64,000 bases of DNA from Ruminococcus sp. (GTDB lineage Bacteria > Bacillota > Clostridia > Oscillospirales > Ruminococcaceae): NCBI RefSeq assembly GCF_022768805.1, contig NZ_JALELB010000028.1; one strand, written 5' to 3'. The position numbers were made by a program, and so were the translations under genes. This document shows, piece by piece, positions 35,044 to 44,388 of this stretch. The notes beneath the pieces were generated by a model that did not search any database, had not been told where the DNA came from, and was given only the letters and a program-made list of their open reading frames with translations. Position 1 is the first letter of the stretch. The number at the start of each line of letters is the position of its first letter.

Positions 35044-36622
35044 TTCTGGCCCCTCCTTTCAGAAACAGCTTGCAGGATACTTTGTAGGAGATTCCGTAGG
35101 CACTCAGTGCAATCCAAGGACATACAGACAGAAACAGCGTGAGTCCGTTGCCTATATTCCCGTTATAGATATTCATCACAAAGTTGATGAGCTTTTCCTG
35201 TACCTCCTCCGGAAGCAGAGCATAAACCAGCACAAGGAGGAGGGAAATGCCGATGACCATCGATATCTTGATGATGCTGCCTTTTTTCGCACCGAATCGG
35301 ACAATGAAGGGAATATCCAGGGCACTCAGAAACAGCAGCAGGAAAAACAGGGTAACGTGGAGATTCAGAAGGCCGCCGATTTCCTCCCCCAGGCTGAAAA
35401 ACCGCAGGGTCATCAGGGCATAATCCATTACATACCAGACTGCAAGATACAGAACATTCATGAAAAACAGCAGTACATACTTGTAGTACATGGCTCCCTT
35501 AACCCCGGCAGGGGTGGAGGTGACAAAGCAGGCCCATAGCTTTTTGTCGTCCCCCTGGAATACCCCGGTAAGCATACTGCTGGCAATAAAGGCTCCAACT
35601 GCCGCCGCTGCAACCCTTACCCCTTTGGAGGTGAACACGGCAACCAGACTGCCGGACATTTCCTCCGGGTTGCTCCAGCGCGTAAGCGCAATCATCACGG
35701 CGATCAGCACAAGGATAAACACAGGCAGCAGCAATACCACCAGAATCCCCTGCCGGTTCTGGCGCAGCTCCTTGTAGAAAAATCCGGTGAAAAGGCTCTG
35801 GTTGTCGATTCCCCCGTCCTCGGCTTTGCATGCTTTTCCCAGGCGCTTCCAGGTATATGTACCCTCCGCAGAGCAAAGCCGCCAGTACATGACACCGTAA
35901 TGACAGGCGATCAGCACCAGCAGCAGCGGAAGCAGCCACAGCAGATGCCGGGGGGCAAAGATCCGCATCAGATCGATGCCTCCCCAGTCGTCACCAAAAA
36001 GACCCTCGAAACGGTCCCTGCCAAATAGGTATATGCACAGCACTACTGCCGCTGACAGGGCGAAGAAAACCATGCCCCCTCGCTGGGTCAGCTTTTTCAG
36101 CTGGTCCGTATTTCTTGCCGCCAGCGTAAAGCATTCATTTACAATCACCGAAAGCAGCACAATATTCAGAACAGCCGCCTGCATCACCAGATAGCCGGCG
36201 CTGAAGGGAACGTCTGTCACAGCGCAAAGACCCACGATATTCACCAGACCGAACCCCATGCCCAGGGCTGTGCAAAGCCCCGTCCTGGTCATTCGGGCAA
36301 AAATCCGATCCCGTGGGGTGATAGGAAGCGCATAGGAATACCGGAGCCAGCCCGTTTCTAGATCTGCTTTGTAGGCGTAATCCACATACAGTCCCAGCAG
36401 CCCCTCCAGCATGGCAAACGCCATTCCACAAATCTGTACCATAGTTTCCATCCAGGCATGCTGTTCCTCGGGACTCATACCGGTGTTCTGCATACTGCTC
36501 AGACATGTGGCCCATAGCATACCTGCATACAGCAAGGACATGCCCCCCTGGCATAGCAGCCCCTTTCGGTTCAGCCGCCATTCCCGGTAAAGCAAAGCAC
36601 GGAACTTCCCCATTATGACCAC
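35036..36622 (-). CDS. ABC-2-type transporter permease, internally duplicated (two ~260 aa modules fused)
   Basis: 528 aa and very hydrophobic. The module-start motif occurs twice: FRALLYREWRLNRKGLL (aa 7-23) and FTGFFYKELRQNRQGIL (aa 278-294). The start is either the GTG at 36622 or the ATG at 36613 (a TAATG overlap with the ATPase stop). Confidence 0.75.
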   Translation of the reverse strand: MVIMGKFRALLYREWRLNRKGLLCQGGMSLLYAGMLWATCLSSMQNTGMSPEEQHAWMETMVQICGMAFAMLEGLLGLYVDYAYKADLETGWLRYSYALPITPRDRIFARMTRTGLCTALGMGFGLVNIVGLCAVTDVPFSAGYLVMQAAVLNIVLLSVIVNECFTLAARNTDQLKKLTQRGGMVFFALSAAVVLCIYLFGRDRFEGLFGDDWGGIDLMRIFAPRHLLWLLPLLLVLIACHYGVMYWRLCSAEGTYTWKRLGKACKAEDGGIDNQSLFTGFFYKELRQNRQGILVVLLLPVFILVLIAVMIALTRWSNPEEMSGSLVAVFTSKGVRVAAAAVGAFIASSMLTGVFQGDDKKLWACFVTSTPAGVKGAMYYKYVLLFFMNVLYLAVWYVMDYALMTLRFFSLGEEIGGLLNLHVTLFFLLLFLSALDIPFIVRFGAKKGSIIKISMVIGISLLLVLVYALLPEEVQEKLINFVMNIYNGNIGNGLTLFLSVCPWIALSAYGISYKVSCKLFLKGGARND

Positions 36623-37491
36623 TCCCCCTCGTCCCGGTGAACATAATACAGCATGATGTCATCCAGATTTGCAGGGTCTATGATGGCACCGCTGTATTTA
36701 CGGGAAGCGACCGTCCGGTCCCTGACCATCACCTCAGCTCCATAGGTGTTTGTGCGGATGCTGACCATATCCTCCGGATCCAGATCCTTCAGCTGATCCC
36801 GGCTGCACTTGAGAATGCCGTGGGATTCCAGAATATCGTCCTTATAGCCCGTCAGCAGGATTCTGCCTTTGTTGATAAAGGTCACGCTGTCGGCGATTTT
36901 CTCCAGATCCGAGGTGATATGGGAGGACATCAGAATGCTCCGTTCCCCATTCTGCAGATACTCCATAAACAGATGAAGGATTTCGTCCCGGACTACCGGG
37001 TCAAGGCCGGTGGTGGCTTCATCCATGACCAGCAGCTCCGCATTGTGGGACAAGGCACAGGCGATTTGCAGCTTCATTTTCATCCCCTTGGAATACTCCC
37101 CGATTTTTTTCTTGACAGGAAGCTGAAACCTGTCCAGGTACCGGGTGTAAATCGTATTGCTCCATTCTGGATACAGCCCCTGAAAAATCCGGGCCATATC
37201 CCTTGCATTGAACAGGTCATGAAAGGGCAGCTCGTCAAATACCACAGCTATACGCTGCTTGATCTCCTGCTCCTCCTTGATGTGATCCATACCCAGCAGA
37301 CGGATTTCCCCCTCATCAATACCGATGATATTCAGCAGGCTTCGGATTGTGGTGGTCTTCCCTGCGCCATTCTGGCCGATAAACCCCATAATGCTGCCCT
37401 TGGGCACATCAAAGCTGATATGATCCAGGGTAAAGTTGTCATACCTTTTGACAACGCCTCTGAGTGAAATTGCATGTTCATATTCCTGCAT
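36613..37491 (-). CDS. ABC transporter ATP-binding protein
   Basis: 292 aa with Walker A GQNGAGKTT, signature YSKGMKMKL and Walker B LLVMDEATTGLD. Confidence 0.9.
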   Translation of the reverse strand: MQEYEHAISLRGVVKRYDNFTLDHISFDVPKGSIMGFIGQNGAGKTTTIRSLLNIIGIDEGEIRLLGMDHIKEEQEIKQRIAVVFDELPFHDLFNARDMARIFQGLYPEWSNTIYTRYLDRFQLPVKKKIGEYSKGMKMKLQIACALSHNAELLVMDEATTGLDPVVRDEILHLFMEYLQNGERSILMSSHITSDLEKIADSVTFINKGRILLTGYKDDILESHGILKCSRDQLKDLDPEDMVSIRTNTYGAEVMVRDRTVASRKYSGAIIDPANLDDIMLYYVHRDEGEWS

Positions 37492-37492
37492 T

Positions 37493-37867
37493 CTATTCCC
37501 CTCCGTTTACAAGCTCCAGCAGCTCATGCAGTTCTTCCATGGTAATGCCGCATTTACGTGCTCTGTCCCCTGCCTCAATCAGCAGGGACTCAATCTGCTT
37601 CAGCTGCTCCTCACGGAACAGTTCCAGATTCTGCGCCTTGACAAATGACCCTTTGCCTGTATAGGATTCAATAAAGCCATCCCGCTCCAGTTCCTCGTAG
37701 GCACGCTTTGTGGTCATAAAGCTGATACGGAGTTCCATCGCCAGATTCCGCATAGAAGGAAGCATATCCCCCTCCCGGAGCTTTCCCTCCAGGATCAGCG
37801 TTTTGATCTGGTTTGCGATCTGTAAATAAATCGGCTCACCATTGGCATTGCTGATGTTGATATTCAT
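37493..37867 (-). CDS. GntR family transcriptional regulator, YtrA subfamily (short effector domain)
   Basis: The winged helix is PIYLQIANQIKTLILEGKLREGDMLPSMRNLAMELRISFMTTKRAYEELERDGFI. The protein is 124 aa from the ATG at 37867. Confidence 0.85.
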   Translation of the reverse strand: MNINISNANGEPIYLQIANQIKTLILEGKLREGDMLPSMRNLAMELRISFMTTKRAYEELERDGFIESYTGKGSFVKAQNLELFREEQLKQIESLLIEAGDRARKCGITMEELHELLELVNGGE

Positions 37868-37928
37868 GTCAGTGTACACTCCTTGGGTTTCCGGACTGTC
37901 ATGCCTTCCGGACGGCATTGACAATCTA

Positions 37929-37980
37929 ATTGTATAACTACTATGTATACAATTATAGCATTCATGTTACAGGTTGTCAA
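37929..37980 (-). promoter_or_regulatory. consensus promoter and candidate autoregulatory operator of the GntR-ABC-CPBP operon
   Basis: On the minus strand: TTGACA (37980-37975), a 17 nt spacer, then TATAAT (37957-37952). The inverted repeat ATTGTATA-N9-TATACAAT (37929-37936 / 37946-37953) overlaps the -10 and +1. Confidence 0.65.
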
Positions 37981-37989
37981 GGGCTATGC

Positions 37990-38042
37990 AAAAAAATCTG
38001 AGAAAAAGCGGACAGCGCCTCCCTTCCGGGAAACACTGTCCG
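37990..38042 (-). terminator. Rho-independent terminator (minus strand) about 275 nt downstream of the ruvX stop
   Basis: On the minus strand: GCGGACAG ... CTGTCCGC (8-bp stem with an inner CCC/GGG pairing) followed by TTTTTCTCAGATTTTTTT. Confidence 0.65.
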
Positions 38043-38146
38043 CAGATTCATTGATGCATTTTTGTGTGTAAACCTCTTTTTTCCGCCGGATGCATATTTT
38101 GCGTCTCCGGTCAGATACTAACAACAGATTCGATAAAGGGGGTGGA

Positions 38147-38323
38147 ATGATGCAGATCAAAGCAATGGTTACCGGCATTGCAGCTGGAACAGCCGTAGGG
38201 ACTGTCTGCTATATACTGGCAGGCTCCAGTGCACGGCAGCGCAGACACCTCCGGCATGCTACCGGCCGTGCCCTGCGGGCTGTTGGCAGCATGATGGAGG
38301 GTATGTCGGATATGATCAGATAG
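38147..38323 (+). CDS. small hypothetical membrane protein (58 aa)
   Basis: MMQIKAMVTGIAAGTAVGTVCYILAGSSARQRRHLRHATGRALRAVGSMMEGMSDMIR has a Gly/Ala-rich TM segment followed by a basic tail. GGGGGTGG lies 3 nt upstream. The 3' end overlaps the ruvX stop by 8 nt (convergent genes). Confidence 0.5.
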   Translation: MMQIKAMVTGIAAGTAVGTVCYILAGSSARQRRHLRHATGRALRAVGSMMEGMSDMIR

Positions 38324-38738
38324 CCGTATTCTTGCGGAATGCAAGATAGCTTTCCAGAATGATGGTTGCTGCCACTGCATCCACCACTGCCTTCCGTTTC
38401 TTGCCTCTGGTGTTGGTCTGGTTCAGATAACGGTGTGCCGAAACCGTGGTGCACCGTTCATCCCAGAGCACGGTTTTGATGCCCGTCAGTTCTTCCAGCT
38501 TTTCGGCAAACAGGGCACATTTTTCCGCCCGCTCTCCGATGGTGCCGTTCATGTTCTTCGGATACCCTACCACGATCTGCTCCGCTTGATGTGCCGTAGC
38601 AGCCTGTGCGGTTTTCTGGATACATAAATCAAAATCCGTTTCGCTGATTACCCCCACCGGGGAAGCCAGCAGCTCGGAACGGTCACAGCACGCCAGTCCT
38701 GTGCGTGCGTCGCCGAAATCCACAGCCAGAATAATCAT
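38316..38738 (-). CDS. ruvX: Holliday junction resolvase-like protein RuvX (YqgF)
   Basis: 140 aa with MIILAVDFGDARTGLACCD and YPKNMNGTIGERAE. Confidence 0.9.
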   Translation of the reverse strand: MIILAVDFGDARTGLACCDRSELLASPVGVISETDFDLCIQKTAQAATAHQAEQIVVGYPKNMNGTIGERAEKCALFAEKLEELTGIKTVLWDERCTTVSAHRYLNQTNTRGKKRKAVVDAVAATIILESYLAFRKNTAI

Positions 38739-39460
38739 GCCTGTTCCCCCTTTTCCCCAGCAGATGCAGGCAGATAGTCCGTATTGGTCAGATAGGCTTT
38801 CCCGTCATGTCTGCACCACTTGGAGCCGGCCAGCGTGGAAAGCTCCGGGGGCAGATGGGAAGCGTCATTCTTGTAGATCAGCCTGCAATGGCCGTTCTCG
38901 TCAAATTCCACCCGGGATACCGCTGTATTATCCGCCCAGCCAACTTGATTCAAACAGCTGATGGGATTCCCTGCTGCATAACAGAGAAAATTGCGGATGG
39001 CGCAGCCGTGGGACACTACAGCCACAGTCTGTCCCGGATGCTTGGCAGCAATAGCGCAGACAGTGCTGCGCATCCGGTCAAAAACCTGCTGCATGGACTC
39101 TCCTCCTTCAATCCGGAACAGATGCATCTGCTCCTGCCATAGCTTATACGCCTCCGGATAGAGTCCGGGCAGATCTGCCCAGGACTTGCCCTCCCAGACG
39201 CCGCCGTTGATCTCCATCAGCTCGTCCATATATTGCACCGGAAGCTGATGATACCGGTTTACGGCTGCAGCTGTGGCTCGGGTTCGCTGCATGGGACTTG
39301 CATACAACGCTTCAATGGGTATGGTCCGGAACCGCTCTGCCAGGCAGTCCAGCTGCCGCATACCCTTTTCCGTAACCGCTGTGTCCACCCTGCCCTGAAA
39401 GGTTTCATTTACATTGCCGGAAGCCTCTGCATGCCGCACAAGATAGATTGTGGTTACCAA
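38735..39460 (-). CDS. histidine phosphatase family protein (phosphoglycerate-mutase-like)
   Basis: 241 aa with the RHAE catalytic motif (IYLVRHAEASGN) and SHGCAIR. Confidence 0.85.
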   Translation of the reverse strand: MVTTIYLVRHAEASGNVNETFQGRVDTAVTEKGMRQLDCLAERFRTIPIEALYASPMQRTRATAAAVNRYHQLPVQYMDELMEINGGVWEGKSWADLPGLYPEAYKLWQEQMHLFRIEGGESMQQVFDRMRSTVCAIAAKHPGQTVAVVSHGCAIRNFLCYAAGNPISCLNQVGWADNTAVSRVEFDENGHCRLIYKNDASHLPPELSTLAGSKWCRHDGKAYLTNTDYLPASAGEKGEQA

Positions 39461-40365
39461 GGCTTCACACTTCCCGTCAGTTCCTGTGCAGTGGCAATAT
39501 GGTTATCATCCAGCCACTGGTTCATCTCCCGGATAATCCGGATGGGCGCATAGGGATCCGTAAAGATGGCTGCCCCCACCTGTACCGCAGAAGCCCCTGC
39601 CATCATCAGCTCAATGGCATCCTTGCCGGTGGTGACGCCGCCCATGCCGATAATGGGAATCTGCACTGCATTGGCACACTGCCAGACCATGCGCACCGCA
39701 ATGGGGAAAATCGCAGCCCCGGACATACCGCCCATATTGTTTTTCAGAATGGGACGGCGGGTGCGGATGTCAATCCGCATACCCAGCAGCGTATTGATAA
39801 GGGAAAGGGCATCCGCCCCGGCTGCTTCCGTTGCCTTTGCAATTTCCGCAATATTGGTTACATTGGGGGACAGCTTTACCACAAGGGGCTTGGTGGTTGC
39901 CTTGCGCACAGCTGCGGTAATTGCCTCTGCGCCCGCACAGCTTGCGCCAAACGCCATGCCTCCCTGCTTCACGTTGGGACAGGAAATATTCAGCTCAATC
40001 ATGTGCACATCCGTCTGCTCCAGCTTCTGGGCAATGGTCACGCACTCCTCCACGGTGGAGCCGGCAATGTTCGCCAGAATCACCGTGTCCTTCTGCATGA
40101 GATAGGGCAGCTCCGTCTTGATAAACGCATCAATCCCCGGATTCTGCAAGCCCACAGAGTTCAGCATACCAGCGGTGGTTTCCGCGATCCGGGGCGCATC
40201 ATTGCCGTTCCGCTTGGTGATGGTAGTACCCTTTGTGGCGATGCCGCCAAGCTCCGACAAGGGGAACAGCTCCTCGTATTCATGGCCGTAGCCGAACACG
40301 CCGGATGCAGGAATAATGGGGTTTTTGAAGGATACCCCTGCAACATTTACGGACAAATCAGCCAT
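39454..40365 (-). CDS. pyrD: dihydroorotate dehydrogenase B (NAD+), catalytic subunit
   Basis: MADLSVNVAGVSFKNPIIPASGVFGYG..., IELNISCPNV and GMGGVTTGKDAIE. The start at 40365 overlaps the pyrK stop by 8 nt. The ORF-track N-terminal extension is rejected. Confidence 0.9.
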   Translation of the reverse strand: MADLSVNVAGVSFKNPIIPASGVFGYGHEYEELFPLSELGGIATKGTTITKRNGNDAPRIAETTAGMLNSVGLQNPGIDAFIKTELPYLMQKDTVILANIAGSTVEECVTIAQKLEQTDVHMIELNISCPNVKQGGMAFGASCAGAEAITAAVRKATTKPLVVKLSPNVTNIAEIAKATEAAGADALSLINTLLGMRIDIRTRRPILKNNMGGMSGAAIFPIAVRMVWQCANAVQIPIIGMGGVTTGKDAIELMMAGASAVQVGAAIFTDPYAPIRIIREMNQWLDDNHIATAQELTGSVKPW

Positions 40366-41137
40366 TCCAAGCCACCTCCTTTGCGTTGAATACCGGACCG
40401 TCCTTGCATACATGTGCCGCATGAATCTCGCCGTTTGCAAGCTTCGTTTTGCATGCGCACACCAGGCACGCACCGATGCCGCAGCCCATGCGTTCTTCCA
40501 TGGAAACCTCACAGAAAATGTTGTGTTTTTCTGCAATCTGCGCAATGGCATGAAGCATGGGGGTGGGGCCGCATGCACAGATCATATCCGGCTTTTCCCG
40601 CTGAAGCTCCTCCAGCAGCGGCTCTGTTACCATGGCATGCAGACCGGCAGTGCCGTCATCCGTACAGAGGATGGTCTTTGCGCCTGCCTTTGCAAATTCC
40701 TCCTGGAGCATCACTGCCGGCATACTCCGGAATCCGCTGATTGCAGTTGCACGCTCTCTGTAAAGCTCCGCCAATGCCAGCATGGGGGGCACGCCGATTC
40801 CGCCGCCGATCAGGATTACACGCTTTGCATCCGGCAGTACCGTAAAGCCATGTCCCAGCGGCGCCAGCATATCCACATAATCCCCCACACGGAGATCCGC
40901 CAGAACAGCAGTCCCCTCTCCCCGGACTGCAAACACCAGCGTCAGCGTACCAGCTTTCCGGTCAATCTGACAGATGGAGATCGGGCGGCGCAGAGTGCTG
41001 CCCTTGGGAAGAATGTGCACGAACTGTCCCGGTGCTGCAATTTCCGCTATATCCGGGCATTCCAGCACAAACCGGTACAGATCCTGTCCCAGATTATCCT
41101 TGCGGATCAGCCGGTATTCGCCTTGCGTATATTTCAT
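40358..41137 (-). CDS. pyrK: dihydroorotate dehydrogenase electron-transfer subunit
   Basis: 259 aa with an FAD/NAD-binding fold (RRPISI, GGGIGVPP) and the C-terminal 2Fe-2S cluster motif CGIGACLVCAC. Confidence 0.9.
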   Translation of the reverse strand: MKYTQGEYRLIRKDNLGQDLYRFVLECPDIAEIAAPGQFVHILPKGSTLRRPISICQIDRKAGTLTLVFAVRGEGTAVLADLRVGDYVDMLAPLGHGFTVLPDAKRVILIGGGIGVPPMLALAELYRERATAISGFRSMPAVMLQEEFAKAGAKTILCTDDGTAGLHAMVTEPLLEELQREKPDMICACGPTPMLHAIAQIAEKHNIFCEVSMEERMGCGIGACLVCACKTKLANGEIHAAHVCKDGPVFNAKEVAWNG

Positions 41138-41193
41138 AGGATACCCCTTTCCAAATGCAACGGGGCGGGATTTGCCCGCCCTGCTGCCTGTTC

Positions 41194-44100
41194 TCAGATT
41201 TTTGTAATGTCAACCAGCTCCACATCCGACATCTGACGGCCTGTTTCCAGCACATTTGCCAGTGCCTTAGCCGTATCGATGGCGGTTACAGAGCAGATGG
41301 AACGCTCCACTGCCTTGCGGCGCATCTTCACGCTGTCCCGGGCGGGCAGCCTGCCGTTTGCAGAGGTGGAGATTACATAGTGAATCTTGCCGCTCTCCAG
41401 CAGGGTCAGCACATTGGGCTCCGGCTCCGAAATCTTGTTGATGACATTGGTGGCAATCATATTCCGGTTGAGGACACTCGCAGTGCCCTCCGTGCCGTAA
41501 ATCTCAAAGCCCATACGGCTGAACTTGTCTGCAATGGGGATCAGCTCCTGCTTATCCGTATCCCGGACGGAAATCAACACGCCGCCCTCGCACTTCAGGT
41601 CATAGCCCGCTGCAACCAGGCCCTTCAGCAGTGCATCCTCAAAGTTGGTGGCAATACCCAGGCACTCACCGGTAGACTTCATTTCCGGACCCAGCATGGT
41701 ATCCACATCCTGCAGCTTCTCAAAGCTGAATACGGGAACCTTTACGGCAACGTACTTGCCCTCCGGATACAGACCGCTCTGATAGCCCAGCTCCTTCAGG
41801 GTATGACCCAGCACCAGCTTGGTGGCGATATCCACCATGGGAATGCCCGTTACCTTGCTGATATAGGGTACGGTTCTGGAGGAACGGGGGTTGACTTCGA
41901 TCACATACACCTGGTTGTTGTATACCACATACTGGATATTCACAAGACCCTTGACATGCAGCTCCGTGGCAAGCCGGCGGGTGTATTCCACAATGGTATC
42001 CCGGATTTCCTTGGACAGGGTCTGTGCGGGATACACAGAAATAGAGTCGCCGGAGTGTACGCCGGCACGCTCAATATGCTCCATAATGCCCGGAATCAGG
42101 AAGTCCGTACCGTCGCAGATGGCGTCAACCTCCACTTCGGTGCCCATCATGTACTTATCAATCAGCACCGGATTTTCGATCATGGTACGGGTGATAATGC
42201 CCATATACTCTACCACGTCGCTGTCCGAGTGGGCAATAATCATATTCTGACCGCCCAGCACATAGGAGGGACGCAGCAGAACCGGGTAGCCCAGGTCGTT
42301 TGCTGCGGCAACCGCTTCCTTCATGGTCATCACCGTATGGCCGGCAGGGCGGGGAATCTGGCACCGCTCCAGCAGCTCATCGAACCGCTCTCTGTCCTCT
42401 GCCGCATCAATATCATCCGCAGAGGTACCCAGAATATTCACGCCCATGTCCGCCAGGTGCCGGGTCAGCTTGATGGCGGTCTGTCCGCCGAACTGTACCA
42501 CAACTCCATAGGGCTGCTCGGTTTCAATGATGGACTCCACATCCTCCTTGGTCAGCGGATCGAAATACAGTCTGTCGGCAGTGTCAAAGTCCGTAGAAAC
42601 CGTTTCCGGATTGTTGTTGCAGATGATGGCTTCATAGCCCATTTCTTTCAGCGTCCATACACAGTGTACGGAGCAGTAGTCAAACTCGATGCCCTGACCG
42701 ATGCGGATGGGGCCGGAGCCGAATACGATAACCCTTTTTTTGCCCGTATTGTTCCGTTCGATAAATTCCTTGGCTTCGTTTTCTTCGTCAAAGGTGGAGT
42801 AGAAATAAGGTGTTTCCGCCTTGAATTCCCCGGCGCAGGTGTCAACCATCTTGAATACCGCACGGCGGCGCAGGGGGCACTTCTGTCCGGAGAAGCGCTC
42901 AATGGTGCTGTCCAGATAGCCGTACTGCTTGGCAATGTTGTATTTTTCCTCGGTAAGCTCGTCCTCTGCCAGCCATTTTTCCAGGTTCACCAGATTCAGC
43001 AGCTTGCTGAGGAACCAGTTGTCCACCATGGTAAGCTCGTGAATCTGCTCAACGGAGATGCCCCGCTTCAGTGCCTCATAGATCTGGAAGCAGCGCTCAT
43101 CCTCCACCTTGCCGTCCAGCATCTCCAGGATCTCGTCCGTGCTGTAGGCTTCGTACTTCTTCATATTCAGGGTATCCAGCCCCAGTTCAATGGATCGTAC
43201 CGCCTTCATCATGGCCTGCTCAAAGCTGGTGCCGATGGCCATGACCTCACCGGTGGCCTTCATCTGGGTGCCCAGAGTTCTCTTGGCATATACAAACTTG
43301 TCAAATGCCCACTTGGGGAACTTGACAACCACATAGTCAATGGCGGGCTCAAAGCAGGCATAGGTCTTACCGGTAACCTGGTTGAGAATCTCGTCCAAGG
43401 TGTAGCCGATGGCAATCCGGGTTGCAACCTTAGCAATGGGGTAACCGGTTGCCTTGGATGCCAGTGCAGAGGAACGGGATACACGGGGGTTAACCTCGAT
43501 CACCGCATATTCAAAGCTGGTGGGATGCAGAGCAAACTGACAGTTGCAGCCGCCCTCCACCTTTAGCTCCTGGATAATGTTGATGGCAGCGGTACGGAGC
43601 ATCTGATACTCCCGGTCGGACAGGGTGACAGCCGGCGCAATGACAATACTGTCGCCGGTGTGCACGCCTACCGGGTCAAAATTTTCCATAGAGCAGACGG
43701 TAATCACGTTGCCCTTTCTGTCCCGGATTACCTCAAATTCGATTTCCTTCCAGCCGCTGATGCATTTTTCGATCAGCACCTGGGTAATGGGCGAAAGCCG
43801 CAGACCGTTCTTTGCAATATCCCGCAGCTCATCCTCGTCCGAAGCAATGCCGCCGCCGGTGCCGCCCAGGGTGAATGCAGGCCGCACGATGACAGGATAG
43901 CCGATCTCTTCAGCAAAATCCACTGCGTCCTGAATGGTTTCAACCACCTTGGAGGGAATGCAGGGCTCCCCGATCTTTTCCATGGTATCCTTGAAGGCCT
44001 GCCGGTCCTCCGCCTTGTGGATGGTCTCCGGGTCAGCACCCAGCAGCTTTACGTTGTGGGCATCCAGAAAGCCCTCCTCCGCCAGCTGCATGGACAGGGT

Positions 44101-44388
44101 AAGACCGGTCTGACCGCCCAGGGTGGACAGCACGCTGTCGGGCTTTTCGATCTCAATAACACGCTTCACGGTTTCCAGAGTCAAAGGCTCAATGTAGATC
44201 TTGTCCGCCATTGCCTTGTCGGTCATGATGGTTGCCGGGTTGGAGTTGATCAGCACAACCTCCAGGCCCTCCTGCTTCAGCGCACGGCAGGCCTGTGTGC
44301 CGGCGTAGTCAAACTCTGCCGCCTGTCCGATTACAATCGGGCCGGAGCCGATTACCAGTACCTTTTTTATATCACTTCTCAGCGGCAT
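41194..44388 (-). CDS. carB: carbamoyl-phosphate synthase large subunit
   Basis: 1064 aa with duplicated ATP-grasp halves and an N-terminal KKVLVIGSGPIVIGQAAEFDYAGTQA. Confidence 0.97.
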   Translation of the reverse strand: MPLRSDIKKVLVIGSGPIVIGQAAEFDYAGTQACRALKQEGLEVVLINSNPATIMTDKAMADKIYIEPLTLETVKRVIEIEKPDSVLSTLGGQTGLTLSMQLAEEGFLDAHNVKLLGADPETIHKAEDRQAFKDTMEKIGEPCIPSKVVETIQDAVDFAEEIGYPVIVRPAFTLGGTGGGIASDEDELRDIAKNGLRLSPITQVLIEKCISGWKEIEFEVIRDRKGNVITVCSMENFDPVGVHTGDSIVIAPAVTLSDREYQMLRTAAINIIQELKVEGGCNCQFALHPTSFEYAVIEVNPRVSRSSALASKATGYPIAKVATRIAIGYTLDEILNQVTGKTYACFEPAIDYVVVKFPKWAFDKFVYAKRTLGTQMKATGEVMAIGTSFEQAMMKAVRSIELGLDTLNMKKYEAYSTDEILEMLDGKVEDERCFQIYEALKRGISVEQIHELTMVDNWFLSKLLNLVNLEKWLAEDELTEEKYNIAKQYGYLDSTIERFSGQKCPLRRRAVFKMVDTCAGEFKAETPYFYSTFDEENEAKEFIERNNTGKKRVIVFGSGPIRIGQGIEFDYCSVHCVWTLKEMGYEAIICNNNPETVSTDFDTADRLYFDPLTKEDVESIIETEQPYGVVVQFGGQTAIKLTRHLADMGVNILGTSADDIDAAEDRERFDELLERCQIPRPAGHTVMTMKEAVAAANDLGYPVLLRPSYVLGGQNMIIAHSDSDVVEYMGIITRTMIENPVLIDKYMMGTEVEVDAICDGTDFLIPGIMEHIERAGVHSGDSISVYPAQTLSKEIRDTIVEYTRRLATELHVKGLVNIQYVVYNNQVYVIEVNPRSSRTVPYISKVTGIPMVDIATKLVLGHTLKELGYQSGLYPEGKYVAVKVPVFSFEKLQDVDTMLGPEMKSTGECLGIATNFEDALLKGLVAAGYDLKCEGGVLISVRDTDKQELIPIADKFSRMGFEIYGTEGTASVLNRNMIATNVINKISEPEPNVLTLLESGKIHYVISTSANGRLPARDSVKMRRKAVERSICSVTAIDTAKALANVLETGRQMSDVELVDITKI

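Noticed and set aside
41163-41181. GGGCGGG-attt g-CCCGCCC hairpin between carB and pyrK
   Set aside because: No U-tract follows on the minus strand. It is probably an intercistronic stability element at most, not a terminator or PyrR site.
41155-43566. 803-aa ORF antisense to carB
   Set aside because: Same reasoning. carB is unambiguous, and the antisense frame is a compositional artefact.
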